DNA of 64,000 bases from the human T2T-CHM13v2.0 reference genome, Homo sapiens (GCF_009914755.1 NC_060938.1), one strand, 5' to 3'; counted from the first letter of the stretch, positions 1-17,250 are shown. Notes: generated by a model from the sequence alone, not told the origin. A program made the numbers and translations.

Positions 1-279
1 TGGGAAGAGATGGCAATTCTATCCCAGATAAACCATTTCAAAACCCCAAGCAGAGATTTACTTCCCCTCTCTGCCTCAGTTTCCTCAGCTGTAAAACGAG
101 AAGAGTAAACTAGGTGGTCCCCATTCTGGCTGTCACTCTTATCATTGCCTTCACAGTGTTGCCTTTATAACCAGCAAACATCTAAGCAGGCTGAATACCA
201 GCTCATATTTTGCTCTTGCTCAAGAAGCTTGAATGGTTGGGTGGTACCCACTCTCCATTTGCCTGGCAGAACTATCCCT

Positions 280-550
280 CATCTTTCAGGTCTCAGCTCA
301 GAAGCTCCCACCTCTGTTAAACCCTTCCTTGCCAAATTAGGCCTTCCTTACCCTGGGCTATGAAGACTCTTTGTACAAACTGTTGCAGCGATGACCTTAT
401 TGGAATTTTTACTGTATGTTTGTCTCGTCTAGACTGTGAGCTCCTTGAGAGTGAGGACCTTATCTTTTCATCTTTGTGCCTAGCCCAGTGCTAGGAACAT
501 AGCAGGTGCTCAATAAATATTTGTTGTGTGAAGGAGTAAGTGAGTGAACG
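280..550 (+). mobile_element. L2 3' end
   Basis: tagactgtgagctccttgag...caggtgctcaataaatatttgttg. Confidence 0.75.
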
Positions 551-959
551 GTCAACCTTAATCCATACACATATATGGAAATTAGATTCCAAACTATACC
601 TCACTCTGGGAACAGACAGATTCCTTCCCCTTTAACAAGAGTCGGAGAATTGTGATGTGACTGCCTAGCACTAGGGCAGGACGGAAATGAAAAAAAGATT
701 TACACAAATACGCTTTGCATTTTTAGGGACAGTCCTTAGGCTGGGTGAGAAGCATTACACAGAGTAACCTGGGATCTCAGATCCGAGAGCTGTAGCTTAA
801 GACAGTGAAGACTTCCACATAGGATGAATCTGTTTAACCAAAAGAAACCAGACCAACTGACTATGGTTATAGGTGGCCCAGGCACCTAGTTGCTGCACAG
901 GAGATCCCTCCCTGCTGCCCCATCAGCCCCTACTTACCCTTCCTACAGATCCACAAATG

Positions 960-1195
960 CTGTGGAGAGAATCCTGGATTGGGATTCCAAAGACCCAGTT
1001 TCAGACACTGATTTTGCCATCTATTAGCTGTGTGACCTTGGGCAAGCCACTTAACTGCTCTGAGCCTCATTGCTAAGATGTGGAGTATAGTGGTTAAAGC
1101 TTGTACTTGGCCATCAGATCCCGGGTTTAAATCCTGGTTGCTCATTAGTGTGTCTTGGGACTTTGGACGAGTTAGCTCCCTTCTCTGTCTCTGCT
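960..1195 (+). mobile_element. MIR fragments
   Basis: tagctgtgtgaccttgggcaagccacttaactgctctgagcctca MIR core. Confidence 0.75.
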
Positions 1196-1244
1196 TCTCG
1201 GATACCCGATCTTAGAGTGGATGCTTGAGAACGGTGAGATAATA

Positions 1245-1555
1245 CAGGTCTAAACCCGTTATCTGAAATGCTGAGCCAAATGGAGTTTGGATTTCAGAAT
1301 TTGTTAGCTTATAAAGATAATACGATGTGTGTACCACACATTAATTAACATCCACAGCTGAGACAGTGTATAATCCAATACATTAACATTTCTGCAGCAG
1401 AACGTATGACTATACTAAGTGGGATAAAATCTATTAATAGCCTCCAATCAGTGCAAGCCAGGTTTTGCTACCAAAAAAAAAAGATTGCATCATTCTTAGG
1501 GGGGGAAAATCATAGGGCCTGTCAAAGCTTTATGGGTTTCAGAATTGTAGCTAAG
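1245..1555. mobile_element. Old TcMar-Tigger (MER46-like) DNA transposon
   Basis: tacaggt...ttatctgaaatgct...tttggatttcagaattt terminal similarity; family uncertain. Confidence 0.45.
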
Positions 1556-2187
1556 TGGTGGTGGGCACATATGTGTGAAGTGCTGGTAGCAATGCCTGCC
1601 ACCGAGAAGGTGTTCTGTCAATGCTCCCCTCGTGATCTTCACATCTGCCCTACCTATGTCACAGGATGTCATGTGAATGTGAACGTTCTTTTTATGCTGT
1701 AAAGCAGCTTGCTCTCAGGTGGCTTTCATGGCCCACAGGAATAAATCTCTTGGAATATAGGCAGCAGGAATGAGGGAAGAGTTGAGGGGCCAGGGTGCTG
1801 CTAGGGGGTCCCAAGTCATTCCAAAGATAGTCAAGTACTTCACCCATGCAGCCAGTCCTGGCTTAGGTATTTCTTAGGATAGGCCCCAAACCTCCAGAAG
1901 CTCTCTGAGCCCAATCCCCAATTTAGGGGGCAGGAACAGGCACATGTAGGTGCTCAACAAATAGCAAATTCTGGGAGACTGAGGTGTTTTTGCAGCTGTC
2001 TGAATTTAATGGAGAGTCAACTAGTGGTTATCAAAGGCCCAGACAGGTAGCCTTTCTTATAAAGAAAATCTGTCTATGGTGGAATCTCTGCCTCCAAGAG
2101 TGGTGGCAAGTGAAGTGTTCTCAGCATTGGTTTTACAGTTGCTCGCTAACTTCCAGGAAAGCTTTGGGGTGTTTCCAACACTTTTGA

Positions 2188-2201
2188 CCGGCAGGGGGCG
2201 C
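2188..2201 (+). promoter_or_regulatory. CTCF motif (forward)
   Basis: CCGGCAGGGGGCGC against consensus CCASYAGRKGGCRS (1 mismatch). Confidence 0.6.
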
Positions 2202-3272
2202 TCATGGCATTTAGGACACAAAGGCAGGTTCTGGCATGGTAATGAGCTGGTCCCACCCCATCCTGCTGCCCTCACAGTAGTTGCCAGGCAAAGGACACGA
2301 CTGTTCCCACCTGGATATGCAACTCCATAGACTCATCAGCTTCTGGAGATTCCCCTCAAAGCTGCACACAAGAAGCAGCAGCGTGAGCACAGCTAGCTTA
2401 AAAAGCAACATCCAAAATATATTCTCAAGAACTTAAGTTCTGCAAGATGCTTGTTAGAAGTGGTCATATGGGTTTGGGGCTGTGTACATTCTCCTCTTAG
2501 AGCTTCCATTTACTCATGTTAAAGGCTCTGAGAATTCCTGCAGAAAAGAAACTATCTCAGTATTTCCCCAAGGTACTTTTTCTTCTAACTCAACAATTAT
2601 TAATATCCCGAGGGTTACTCTGGGAAATACATTAAGAGAGTAGTGTCTACTTAAGGGTTGCAAAGATGATGCAATAAGATCCAGAGCCCTGCAGATCAGC
2701 CTGGGCCACTCAGGCCTCCTCATGGGGAGCCTCCTCTCCCTTCATATGCCCAGCCCCTAGTCTCCAGGCACTCCATTGCACCTTGGAAGTTGTTCCTTAA
2801 ACTGGAGACCTCTGGCCGTTTCCAGCCACCTCTCTGGGTTTAATCCCCGAGGAAAACTCCTTTTCCATTTGGCCCAGAAGTTTCTTGTTCCTCATCTGCT
2901 CCCCAGGAATTATCTACACAATATAGGATTTTTGCTTGTAGAGCTATGGGGTTGGGGAGGCCATACCTTAGATGACGTCATTCCTTTGACCCTCTCCTCC
3001 TAAGTTTATGGGTGGCTGACAACCAAATTATGGATTCTTTCTTCCTTAGGGTATTCATTGTATTTCAGAAGCCTATTTGAGTCTCAAAACAAAACCCTTT
3101 TAGACCCAAAGGAATAAGTCAAGTGGCAGAACCCGATGGGTCATAGAAGAAGCTAAGTGAACCTTCCCAGGTCCTTAAATTCCAGAATGTGGTCACCACT
3201 ATAAGCTGAAGGCCCAGAGCAACATTAAGAAGACCCTGAGTGATCTGTCCCCAGCTCCTCTTCAACTTTTAG

Positions 3273-3595
<323 letters not shown>

Positions 3596-3620
3596 AACAA
3601 TGAGAACTTCAATTGCTATT

Positions 3621-3629
3621 AAAGGATAT
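3621..3629 (-). promoter_or_regulatory. PROX2: U12-type (minor spliceosome) AT-AC intron 5' splice site
   Basis: CAC|ATATCCTTT is an exact U12 consensus at a codon boundary; the prospero/PROX family has a known AT-AC intron before the homeodomain. Confidence 0.9.
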
Positions 3630-4934
3630 GTGGACCAAAGAGAAAGGCAGTGCCTCCATGACAGCATGCAGGCCTCTCTGTTCCATCTTCACCGAGGGAA
3701 GAAGGGGTAGACTTTCCAGATGGGCAGAGGTGAAAGGCAAGGGACACTGCTGCTGGCTCAGGACCAATGGTTGCGGCTTAGTAGTTCTCCAAGGTCGTAG
3801 GGCAGGCTCTGAGGAGGGGTGCCTCTGGGAAGATGAGTCCTGGGGAGGACTGCTACTCCAATGGCCATTGTTGTATCTATGACCCAGTAGCTGGCTAAGA
3901 ATCTGATTTTCCTGGATGTGGGAAGGTGCAGTCAAGGGAAAGTTTGCTGGGGGATCCTGACAGGGTTTGGGGGTCATTCTTGGAGGGATAGGGTACCTAG
4001 GAGAATCTAGACGCTTGGCCAGTGATAAATTTCCTACTGGGACCCCAGCTTGTAGCTGGACCCTCCTGGGCAAGGCAGCCAAAGCAAGTGGATCTTTACA
4101 GGCCCCTCCCACAGGAGGTGAGGGCTCGCTTCTACCCTCTGCCACCTGCCCCTGGAAGCTTCTGCCCAGCTGAGTCAGGTGGCCTGGTGGATCCAATAGT
4201 ACCTTTTGTAATACCGAGTCCACAGCCTGGGACACTGCCCTGGTCAGCTCTTTCCTCAGAATCTCTAGTGAAGCTGGTGCTCCAGAAGGAAGGAAACTGG
4301 GCTTCTCAGACTCTTGGTGTTTTTCTGCCCCAGAGAGGTCCTTGCTGGTACCTTGCTGGTGGTCACCGTCCACAACCCAGGGGCGAGGCCCACAGCCATT
4401 CCCCTGCTTTGCACTCAGAGGGCCTTTCCCCGTGCCACAGCCTCCTGGCCCCTGAGCTGTGTCCCTGGGCTTGGCAGCCTGTAGGATGTGCTCTTGCAGA
4501 TGTCTTAGCTGTTGCTTCAGCAGATGAAGTTGTTCTCTCACACGAGGGCCCCCCTTCCTGTTGCCCTGGTCCCAGGCAGGGGCTGGCATCAGGAGGCCTT
4601 GCGGTGTGGGAAGGTTCTGCTTCCTCTTCCTCTCTCGGGCCTTCTTTGGGCAGCGTGGGCTGACCCCAGCTTGCGCATTGCCTGGCACCAGAGGATTCGG
4701 GGAGAGACACATGCCTCGGACAATGGTCTCCACTCTGGCCCTCTTTGCCTGGATGTGCTCATCACCAAACCATTCGGGGTCTGTAGGGCTGGAGCTGGGG
4801 ACCTGACTCCAGGGAAACGGGGAGTCTCTATCCAGCTCTGGAGGGGATGAGCTTCTCTCGCCTTCCGTACAAGCTTCTGCTAGGTGGGAGCAGATCTGGG
4901 GCTGAGGAGAAAGCAAGATGGAGTTTGGATCCAT
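3630..4934 (-). CDS. PROX2: PROX2 first coding exon (aa 1-435, MDPNSILLSP...EALPFSLVH); homeo-prospero domain exons lie left of the window
   Basis: ORF 3609-4943 carries Prospero-family motifs (EHIQAKRARVETIVRGM, RERKRKQNLP, LKQQLRHLQEHI coiled coil, LRKELTRAVSQAVDSV). ATG at 4934; the exon ends at the U12-type donor ATATCCTTT (3629-3621). Confidence 0.95.
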
Positions 4935-5108
4935 CCCAGGCACTTGTTCAGGGCTTCAGGAATTCCTCCTCCTTATTTCCTCAGCTGGAAGTGCACCCAG
5001 AATGCGCTGGGCTTCCTCCTCTGCACTTAGAAGGGTAAAGAGCCACTGTCACTGAGGAAGGATTCAGATTCTGGGATGCCAGGGCTCATGAACCTCCTGG
5101 GCAGACTC
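4935..5108 (-). other. PROX2: PROX2 5'UTR part of the first coding exon
   Basis: Strong acceptor ctcttttcttcctgtctctaatttcag| with the AG at 5110-5109 on minus. Confidence 0.8.
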
Positions 5109-5169
5109 CTGAAATTAGAGACAGGAAGAAAAGAGTACGTGTGACTTTGAACAGTCCTTTTAAAATGTG

Positions 5170-5310
5170 AATGTGCAAACATTCAACGCGGTCTCGTTAA
5201 AGTGTAGATTTCAATTCAGTAGATGTGGGGTGGGGCAGAGATTCTCCATTTTAAGCCAGCTCCCAGGTAATGCTGATGCTGCTGGTCTCAGAACCCCACT
5301 TTGAGGAGAC
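5170..5310. mobile_element. MER5-type hAT-Charlie element
   Basis: ctcccaggtaatgctgatgctgctggtc...ccactttgag. Confidence 0.7.
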
Positions 5311-5363
5311 TCCGAGAGTGATCTTACAGGGAGAAAAATCTTCTCCTGCTTGGGCATAACAAT

Positions 5364-5386
5364 AAAATAATAATAATAATAATAAT
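5364..5386. repeat. (AAT)n microsatellite
   Basis: Direct observation. Confidence 0.9.
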
Positions 5387-5389
5387 ATC

Positions 5390-5600
5390 GTAGTGGCAGC
5401 CGCCTGAACAACTGGCATTATGCCAAGAACTCTACATCCATTAATTTAATTAATGTGTCATAACAGCTCCATGAGAATGTGGTCATGCCTATTGTCTACA
5501 GATAAGAAAACAAGATCAGAGAAGAAGCTACTTCCCTATGGTCATGCAGCTCGTAAGTGACAGACTGGGGTCAAACCAAGCGTTGTCTGATTCGGAGTGA
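5390..5600 (-). mobile_element. MIR (degenerate)
   Basis: tacagataagaaaacaagatcagagaag...ggtcatgcagctcgtaagtgacag. Confidence 0.55.
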
Positions 5601-5659
5601 CTTTTCTAGTGACTAAGGGCAACAGAATCACCCAAGGCACTTCTAGAAATAGCAAATTC

Positions 5660-5958
<299 letters not shown>

Positions 5959-5961
5959 TCA

Positions 5962-6285
<324 letters not shown>

Positions 6286-6660
6286 CTAACTCTTGGAAAA
6301 ATCAGATTACGCATTCACTGTTCAACTATTTATTGAACAACTATTTATTGAGCACCTGCTGTGTGTCGGGCCTTCTTCTGGGCTCATGGAGTGAGCAAGA
6401 TCAGCATAGTCTGCCCTCCTGGAACAGGCAGTCTAGCAGGGAAAGCAGAGAATAAACAAACAAATATATTTTCAGTGTGTGATACCTGCTGTGAAGAGAA
6501 AGCACAACAAAGGGTTGGAAACTGGAGAGAGCGGTTGGGGAGAAGGAGGGAGCTATTTCAGGAAAGACTGCCTAAAGCTGTTTTATTCCCACAAAGCATC
6601 AAAGTACACTATACTCCAACCACGTCACTTGCTTTCTAACTAATAATAATCATTGAACTG

Positions 6661-6974
<314 letters not shown>

Positions 6975-7074
6975 TTAACCAACAGGGACACTACAACGAT
7001 ACCCTGGATATGTTAAATTTGATATAAGTACTAGACAGACATCTAAATGTCAAGATGTCAAGAAAGCAATTGGA

Positions 7075-8205
<1,131 letters not shown>

Positions 8206-9409
8206 ATGACATTGCCACTGGTATTAATCTTCTAAAATGTAGCTAGCTCTGCTTATGCCCCTCTATGGAATCAAAGTCTTTGCTAGCTTCCTGTGGACTA
8301 GAAGGTTCAGATGTCTCAGCTCTTCACAAACATGGTCTCGATCTAACTCCTTTGGAGCCACTACCCTCAACAATTGCCTGTGTCCAGCTGTCCTGGACTT
8401 TGTGTTCACTGAACAGGCCAGGCTCCTTCCAGCCTCCGTGTCTTTGCATTTACATTCTCTTGGCCCGACCAGCCCTTCTCCCACTTTTCCACGGACAAAC
8501 TCTTATTCCTCTTTCAAAATCCAACTGAAATGTCACTTCCTCTCTGAAGTGATCAATGCATCTTCCCCTTTGGTCTGTGAGCTCCCTCTTTGTGTTCCCA
8601 AGTAGTGCCTGACTGCCAGATGTTACCAGATGTTTGCTAACTCCATTGAATAAATTGTCCATAAATACTTCATTTATATTGATTTTTGTCTCCTCAATAG
8701 ACAATACTTTATTTCAGATCTCTCTAGCACCTAGCATGGAGGCTTGTGCATGGAACAAAATCAATGCAGACAGAAAGACAGACGGGTAGATAGAGTCATT
8801 GAGGAGAAGAGCATAGAACCACTAAAGCTGCTGAATCTCCCTTGTGGGTTATTCAAGGTATTGTTTCTGAGGTTCCGTGTAGTCTGTGTGCTCCAGAAGA
8901 CAGATCTACTAGGGTAACAGATGGGACCAGTGTGTTTAATGAAGCAACAATGAACAGAAATATCTTGAGGCCAGAAACTGGAAATCCAGCCAGACTCCAC
9001 TGTGGCTGGGTACCCAGAGATGTTTACGCCCATGCAATCATGGAAACTCTGCCTCTGGGCTGCTGAGAAACAGGAAACCTCTGTGCTGAGGCCGGCGTGC
9101 TGCCCACAGCCCTTTATCTGGGTAAGTCTGCATGAAGCAGTGATGCTTTCTGTTTGAAAATTAGCTACTAGCACTCTCATATTCACTGATGGAGGTAGCA
9201 ATTGTCATAATCCTTTAAAAATAGCTTTATTGCATCTCTTAGACGATGAAAGTAATGTAGGATCATTTTACTTCCCAAATATAGAAATGTATTAAGAGGA
9301 AAAGAAAGACACTCTAATGCCACTCCCAGAGAAAATCAGTTAAAATTTTGGTGTTCATCATTTTTGCCAAGCTCTTTTCTCCATGTACAGAGAAGTTTAT
9401 AATTTCTCG

Positions 9410-9413
<4 letters not shown>

Positions 9414-9461
<48 letters not shown>
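9414..9461. repeat. (TA)n microsatellite
   Basis: Pure TA run of about 24 units. Confidence 0.97.
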
Positions 9462-9464
<3 letters not shown>

Positions 9465-9652
9465 AAAAATGGTATTATAGATATATAGTTTTATGCCTCC
9501 ATTTTTAAATCTTTCATGTGGATGAATATCAATCTACAGCAACGTTGTGAAAGCTGATAATATTCCATTGTATAGATGTACCCTAATTTACTTAACAAGT
9601 TCTCCTTTGATAGATTCCTTCTTATATTTTCACTATTATAGAAGCATAGACA

Positions 9653-9949
9653 GGCCGGGCGCGGTGGCTCACACCTGTAATCCCAGCACTTTGGGAGGCT
9701 GAGGCAGGCGGATCACGAGGTCAGGAGATCGAGACCATCCTGGCTAACACAGTGAAACCCCGTCTCTACTAAAAAAAATACAAAAAATTAGCTGGGCATG
9801 GTGGCGGGCGCCTGTAGTCCCAGCTACTCGGGAGGCTGAGGCAGAAGAATGGCGTGAACCCAGGGGGGCGGAGCCTGCAGTGAGCCGAGATCACGCCACT
9901 GCACTCCAACCTGGGCGACAGCGAGACTCCGTCTCAAAAAAAAAAAAAA
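9653..9949 (+). mobile_element. AluY (Ye-like diagnostics)
   Basis: ggggggcggagcctgcag and gcgacagcgagactcc variants. Confidence 0.88.
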
Positions 9950-10380
9950 TAAGATAGTATGGAGATAGATGGAGAACATAGACCCACAAATCAGACTGCC
10001 TAGACTTGAATCCCTAGAGCCACTTAGCTAAGTTTGTGACCTCTCCGTACCTCAGTTTTCTCATCAGTAAAATGGGCATAACCATAATATCTATGGTTAT
10101 TGTGGAATTCACATCTGGATCCAATAAGTTAACACATGTTATATTTTTAGAACAGTTCCTGGCACTTACTTATTGCTGATAAGTTGTAGCTATTGTTATT
10201 ATGAATAATATTGGGATTAACACTCCTACATATTTCTTTGGGGACTACATTTCTAGAAGTGAAAATATTGCATCAAAGGCTGAGACTACGTTAAACTGTT
10301 CTACTTCTTTTCCAACTGTCCTCCAGAAATGTACCAACTGACTGGGGGTAGAGAGGAGGGACTGAAGCAGAACCTTCAAC

Positions 10381-10677
<297 letters not shown>

Positions 10678-11244
10678 TCAACTTTTACTCTGTGTATTTC
10701 TATATTAATTGAATTTTTACAAGAATATATTCGTGTGTTACTTGTATATATATACTTTTAAATAGCCAATTTATGCTCCTACCAATGTATCTATAAAAGA
10801 ACATACATCTCCTTATCTTTATCAACGCTGGGCATTGTCTTTTAAATCTTTGCCGTTATGGTAGGTGACAATGTTACCTCATTATGTGTATTTCTTTGAT
10901 TCTCAGTAATCTTGCTCAGTTTTCATATATTTTTTGGAAATATTCATGGATTGTATATTAAGAAACTTAAAAATGTTTATACCATTTGAATCAGTGAGTC
11001 TATGTCTATGAAGTTAAGCCAAGAAAATGATGGCTAGACTCATAAATTTATGTCAAAGATGGCCATCCAAGTATTATTAATAAGAGTAGGCACTAGTTAA
11101 GGTATGGTATAATCTACATGATGCCATATTATGCAACCGTTTTGAAAAATAGTGTTTAAGTAAAGTTTATGTAACATTATTTTATAAAACTGGAGTGGGG
11201 GGGTAAGAGAAAATTAGATATTAAAAATACAAAGAAAAATATGA

Positions 11245-11540
11245 GGCCAGGTATGGTGGCTCATGCCTGTAATCCTAGCACTTTGGGAGGCTAAGGTGGG
11301 AGGATTGCTTGAGCTCAGGAGTTTGAGAGTAGCCCAGGCAACATGGCGAAACCCTGTTTCTCCAAAAAAAAAATCACCTGGGCATTGTGGTGGCTTGTGC
11401 CAGTAGTCTCAGCTACTAGGGAGGCTGAGGCAGGAGGATCACTGAGACCAAGAAGTTGAGGCTGCAGTGAGCTCTGATTGCGCCACTGCACTCTAGCCTG
11501 GGCAACAGAGGGAAAGCCTGCCTCAAAAAAAAAAAAAAAA
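11245..11540 (+). mobile_element. AluJ
   Basis: Alu consensus. Confidence 0.92.
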
Positions 11541-11541
11541 T

Positions 11542-11569
11542 ACACACACACACACACACACACACACAC
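11542..11569. repeat. (CA)n microsatellite in an Alu tail
   Basis: Direct observation. Confidence 0.95.
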
Positions 11570-11769
11570 GCCCATACATTATAGAGAAATAAATACATCA
11601 AAATGTTGTTTATGGGTAATAGAACCACAGGTAATTTTTTTCTCTATTTTTTCTTTTTATTTTTCTGAATTTTCTAAATTTTTAATGGATATGTTTTCAG
11701 TTTTGTAATGAAAAAAGGCAATCTTGCCTTTGTTAATTAAACATTTGCATGTATGGAGAAAGCTATGCA

Positions 11770-12357
<588 letters not shown>

Positions 12358-12591
12358 AAATAAAGTCTATTTTTTTTAAAAAAACTGCACTTTTTTCTCA
12401 TTAACTCTTTCCCAGATACATATTCCTCGGTACCAGAAATAAAAAACCCCACTGGAGAAGCAAATTTAGCTACAAACACAAGCATAGAACACAGGGCTTA
12501 TAAGATAACTGCGAAGGCACATAGGATTTTATAGCTGGAAAATGTAAAATGAGGGTGAGTTTGAATTTCAAGTATATAATGGACGACATAA

Positions 12592-12892
12592 GGCTAGATG
12601 TGGTAGCTCACGCCTGTAATCCCAGTGCTTTGGGAGGCCAAGGCTCAAGGATCACCTGAGCCCAGGAGTTCGAGACCAGCCTGGGCAACATATCAGATCC
12701 AATCTCTGCAAAAAATAGAAAAAATTAACCAGATGTGGTGGCACCTGTCTGTGGTTCCAGCTACTTGGGAGGCTGAGGTGGGAGGACCTCGAACCCAGGA
12801 GGTCGAGGCTATAGTGAGCCATGATAGCACCGCTGCACTCAGCCTGGGCAACAGAGCAAGACCCTGTCTCAAACAAACAAACAAACAAACAA
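12592..12892 (+). mobile_element. AluJ
   Basis: Alu consensus with (AAAC)n tail. Confidence 0.9.
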
Positions 12893-14088
12893 GAACATAC
12901 GAGAGAAGTTGTGTGTTGTCTCCTTTCAGCTTTGTGTTAGAGCACCGGGGCATGAGCTGAAAAGGAACAGCCAGTGTCTGTGGCATCATCACCTGCACAG
13001 ATCACCTCCTACATGGCAGCCTTTCTCCCTGTGGGTCTATGTCCTTCCATGGAATATCCCTGGAGAGCTCCCGAAGCTCTGCCCAAGTGGGACAAAGGGG
13101 AAGGGCTGCCTATGAGGCCAGCTGAGGTGAGACTGGCAGCTCACAGGCCATGTCTCCCCTTCTGTGATGTGTACACATTTAGGGAACAGCAAACACCTTT
13201 GATGCGCTTCAGCTGGGTCACAAGAGAACCAATCAATAAAGCAAGGTGGGCTATGGAGAGTCCTTAGGTAAAAGGTACCTCGTGAAGCCCAAGAGATGCT
13301 AACTCATTCTCATCACTGTCATTGAAGCTCAAATCAGATTTATACAAGCAGTTTTATTGTTATTTCCTTGATAAAATTCCTGCCTGGTTTTTGTTGGGAA
13401 AACATGTTTTTCTTTGCAGTATTTTGTTCATTCATTTCCTAGATTCAGTTGGATTCCAACTGGACCAGCCTTGTGCTTAGTAGATGACCACCCAACGTGA
13501 TTGGAAAGGTATGGAGGAAAATGCCTTATCCTGAAACAGCTGCTTTTACCTTCATCAACACTCATTATGGGATCTAAGGGCCCACCACTGGCATTTCATA
13601 ATAATGATGACTTAATCACATCTGTATATGAATACATTTTTGCCTTACCCATTGTACTCCTGAACAGCCGCCCATCCAAATACTTGCCAGACAGAGCTAA
13701 CTTTTGCTACTGATGAAGACTTGTTCAGGGTAGCACATCTCAAAGTCACATAGCGTTTTTATGCTTTTCAAAGGCATTTTCATATACAGCCTTGTCCTGT
13801 TTTATTCTCTATGATGAGAGGCCCCCTGCACTGTCCCCACTCTGCTACAGGTCGGAGGCCACCCATCCATCTCTGGTCCAGCCCTGAACAGGCTCTCTTC
13901 ACTGCACTGGCTAATGACAGAAATGAGGAGAGGGGGTCAGACTGACAGGCCCAGGCCACACAGCCCTGTCCATCCACAGACACAGACACAATGGAGTCAG
14001 AAGCCCTGGTGGTCTGCATCAACCACTGCATGGCTGTGAACTATGGAATGATCTACCAGGTATTAGACCTGGGGGGAATCGTTAGCTA

Positions 14089-14386
<298 letters not shown>

Positions 14387-14698
14387 CTTTGTTAGCTCTT
14401 ATGTGAACTTACACAAATTAACTCTGCCTTTTCCCCTTCAGTTTCTCTGGCTGTAAAATGGGGTTGATAACAGTCACTCTCTTAGGATTGTGGTGAGGAT
14501 CACATGTGGTGGGCCTTGCATTCTCTGGTGCGGGAAATAGGCACTCCTTAAACTGGTTTCCTTTCCTCCTAGGGGGGGTTCAGGAGCCCCCACAGCCATA
14601 GAACTCCAGAGCTGGAAAGGGCTTAGGAGCATCTGGTACAGTGGCTGGTCTCCAGATTTTTATATTTTTAGATGTCAACCATTAATAAAATGAAGAGG

Positions 14699-15784
<1,086 letters not shown>

Positions 15785-15963
15785 AATGAAACGAAGAGGA
15801 AAGATATTGGACCAGTTTGAGAGTTACTGACATTTTATTTTGCAGGTGAAGGCACAAAAAATAAGTATACAAAAGACTACTATCTACCATCACTTTTATT
15901 TCCTCTTTAAAATTTTTTCATCTCCCTTCATGACACATGATTTTTATTTCTTAAAGAATCTTA

Positions 15964-16274
15964 GCTGGGCGGGGTGGCTCACGCCTGTCATCCCAGCGCT
16001 TTGGGAGGCTGAGATGGGTAGATCGCCTGAGGTCAGGAGTTTGAGACCATCCTGGCCAACATGGTGAAAACCTGTCTCTACTAAAAATACAAAAATTAGC
16101 TGGGCGTGGTGGTGCATGCCTGTAATCCCAGCTACTCAGGAGGCTGAGGCAGGGAGAATTGCTTGAACCCGGGAGGTGGAGGTTGCAGTGAGCTGAGACG
16201 TGCCATTGCACTCCAGCCTGGGCAACAGAGCAAGACTCCATCTCAAAAAAAAATAAAAAATAAATAAAATAAAA
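15964..16274 (+). mobile_element. AluS
   Basis: Alu consensus. Confidence 0.92.
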
Positions 16275-16994
16275 TCTTAACCACTTTGTTTTTAAAAGAA
16301 TAAAAGGGGGAAATGCATAATATGCAAATAAGTTTAGCTTTGCGAAAAACTCTTTACATTGTCTTTTCTCATTTTTCTAAAAACCAAGGGAAATGTCACA
16401 GGCTAGCGTTAGGGGTCCGAGGATCTTCATGACATGCCTTTACTTTATGGATGAGGAACCAGGAGCCCAGAGAGGTAAGGTGACATGCCCAAGGTCACAC
16501 AGCAGCTGCAATGCCTCCTTGCTCTCTAGGAAAACACCCCTGGACATCAGAGATCCTTTCATGTGGCTGTACAAGCACTTGGGCTGGGAGTTAGGAGGTC
16601 TGGGCACTACTCCCAGTCATTGGCCCTAAAGCCGCATATTCTGCGTTTCAGCTTTTATAAAATGGAGATGATAATCATCCCTTCACTGAGAACTTGGGTG
16701 AGAATCTAATGAAAGAAGAGCTTCAAAAGGGCTCCAGAGATGCATACACAGTATTATGGAGTGAGGAATTAGGGAGTGAAATGTCTCCATGTCTATAATT
16801 TGCCTGAAAGTATTTCAGCCAACAAAAATAAGCAAATACATATGAACAATTGTTAAATCTAGGTGATGAGTATAGGGGTGGGTATTGCTATGCTACTCTG
16901 TCTACTTCTCTGCATATTTGACAATTTTCATAATGTTCCATAATTTTTTAAAAAGTACTCTGGCAAGGTAAATGGAAAGGATGATGTTACTCAC

Positions 16995-17250
16995 AGGGAA
17001 GAGGTCCTCTGGGAGGTCCTTGTCTTGGGCTCTGTGGCCAGGTGGGGCCAACCACTCTAGAAGACGGAGCAGCCCACTCTTCACCAGCCCTGGGCAGACA
17101 GAGCCATGGTCAGGAAGTGCTTCTGGTTTCCCTGCTTCCTCTCCAGGCAGGCCGGGTGCCCGTGGCTGGGTGAGGGGAGGCTCTGGCCCCTTCTTAGCAC
17201 AAGGCACTGTCTGACAGACCCAGTCTTGCTGCAGCCGCTGACTCTGGGGA
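16995..17250 (-). other. PROX2: Candidate PROX2 non-coding exon 1 (5' end approximate)
   Basis: Donor ccct|GTGAGT at 16994-16989; GC-richer unique sequence with an octamer motif just upstream. Confidence 0.55.

Noticed and set aside
4022-4850. Long plus-strand ORFs (213 aa, 112 aa) over PROX2
   Set aside because: Antisense shadows of a GC-rich coding exon with no recognisable homology or splice support.
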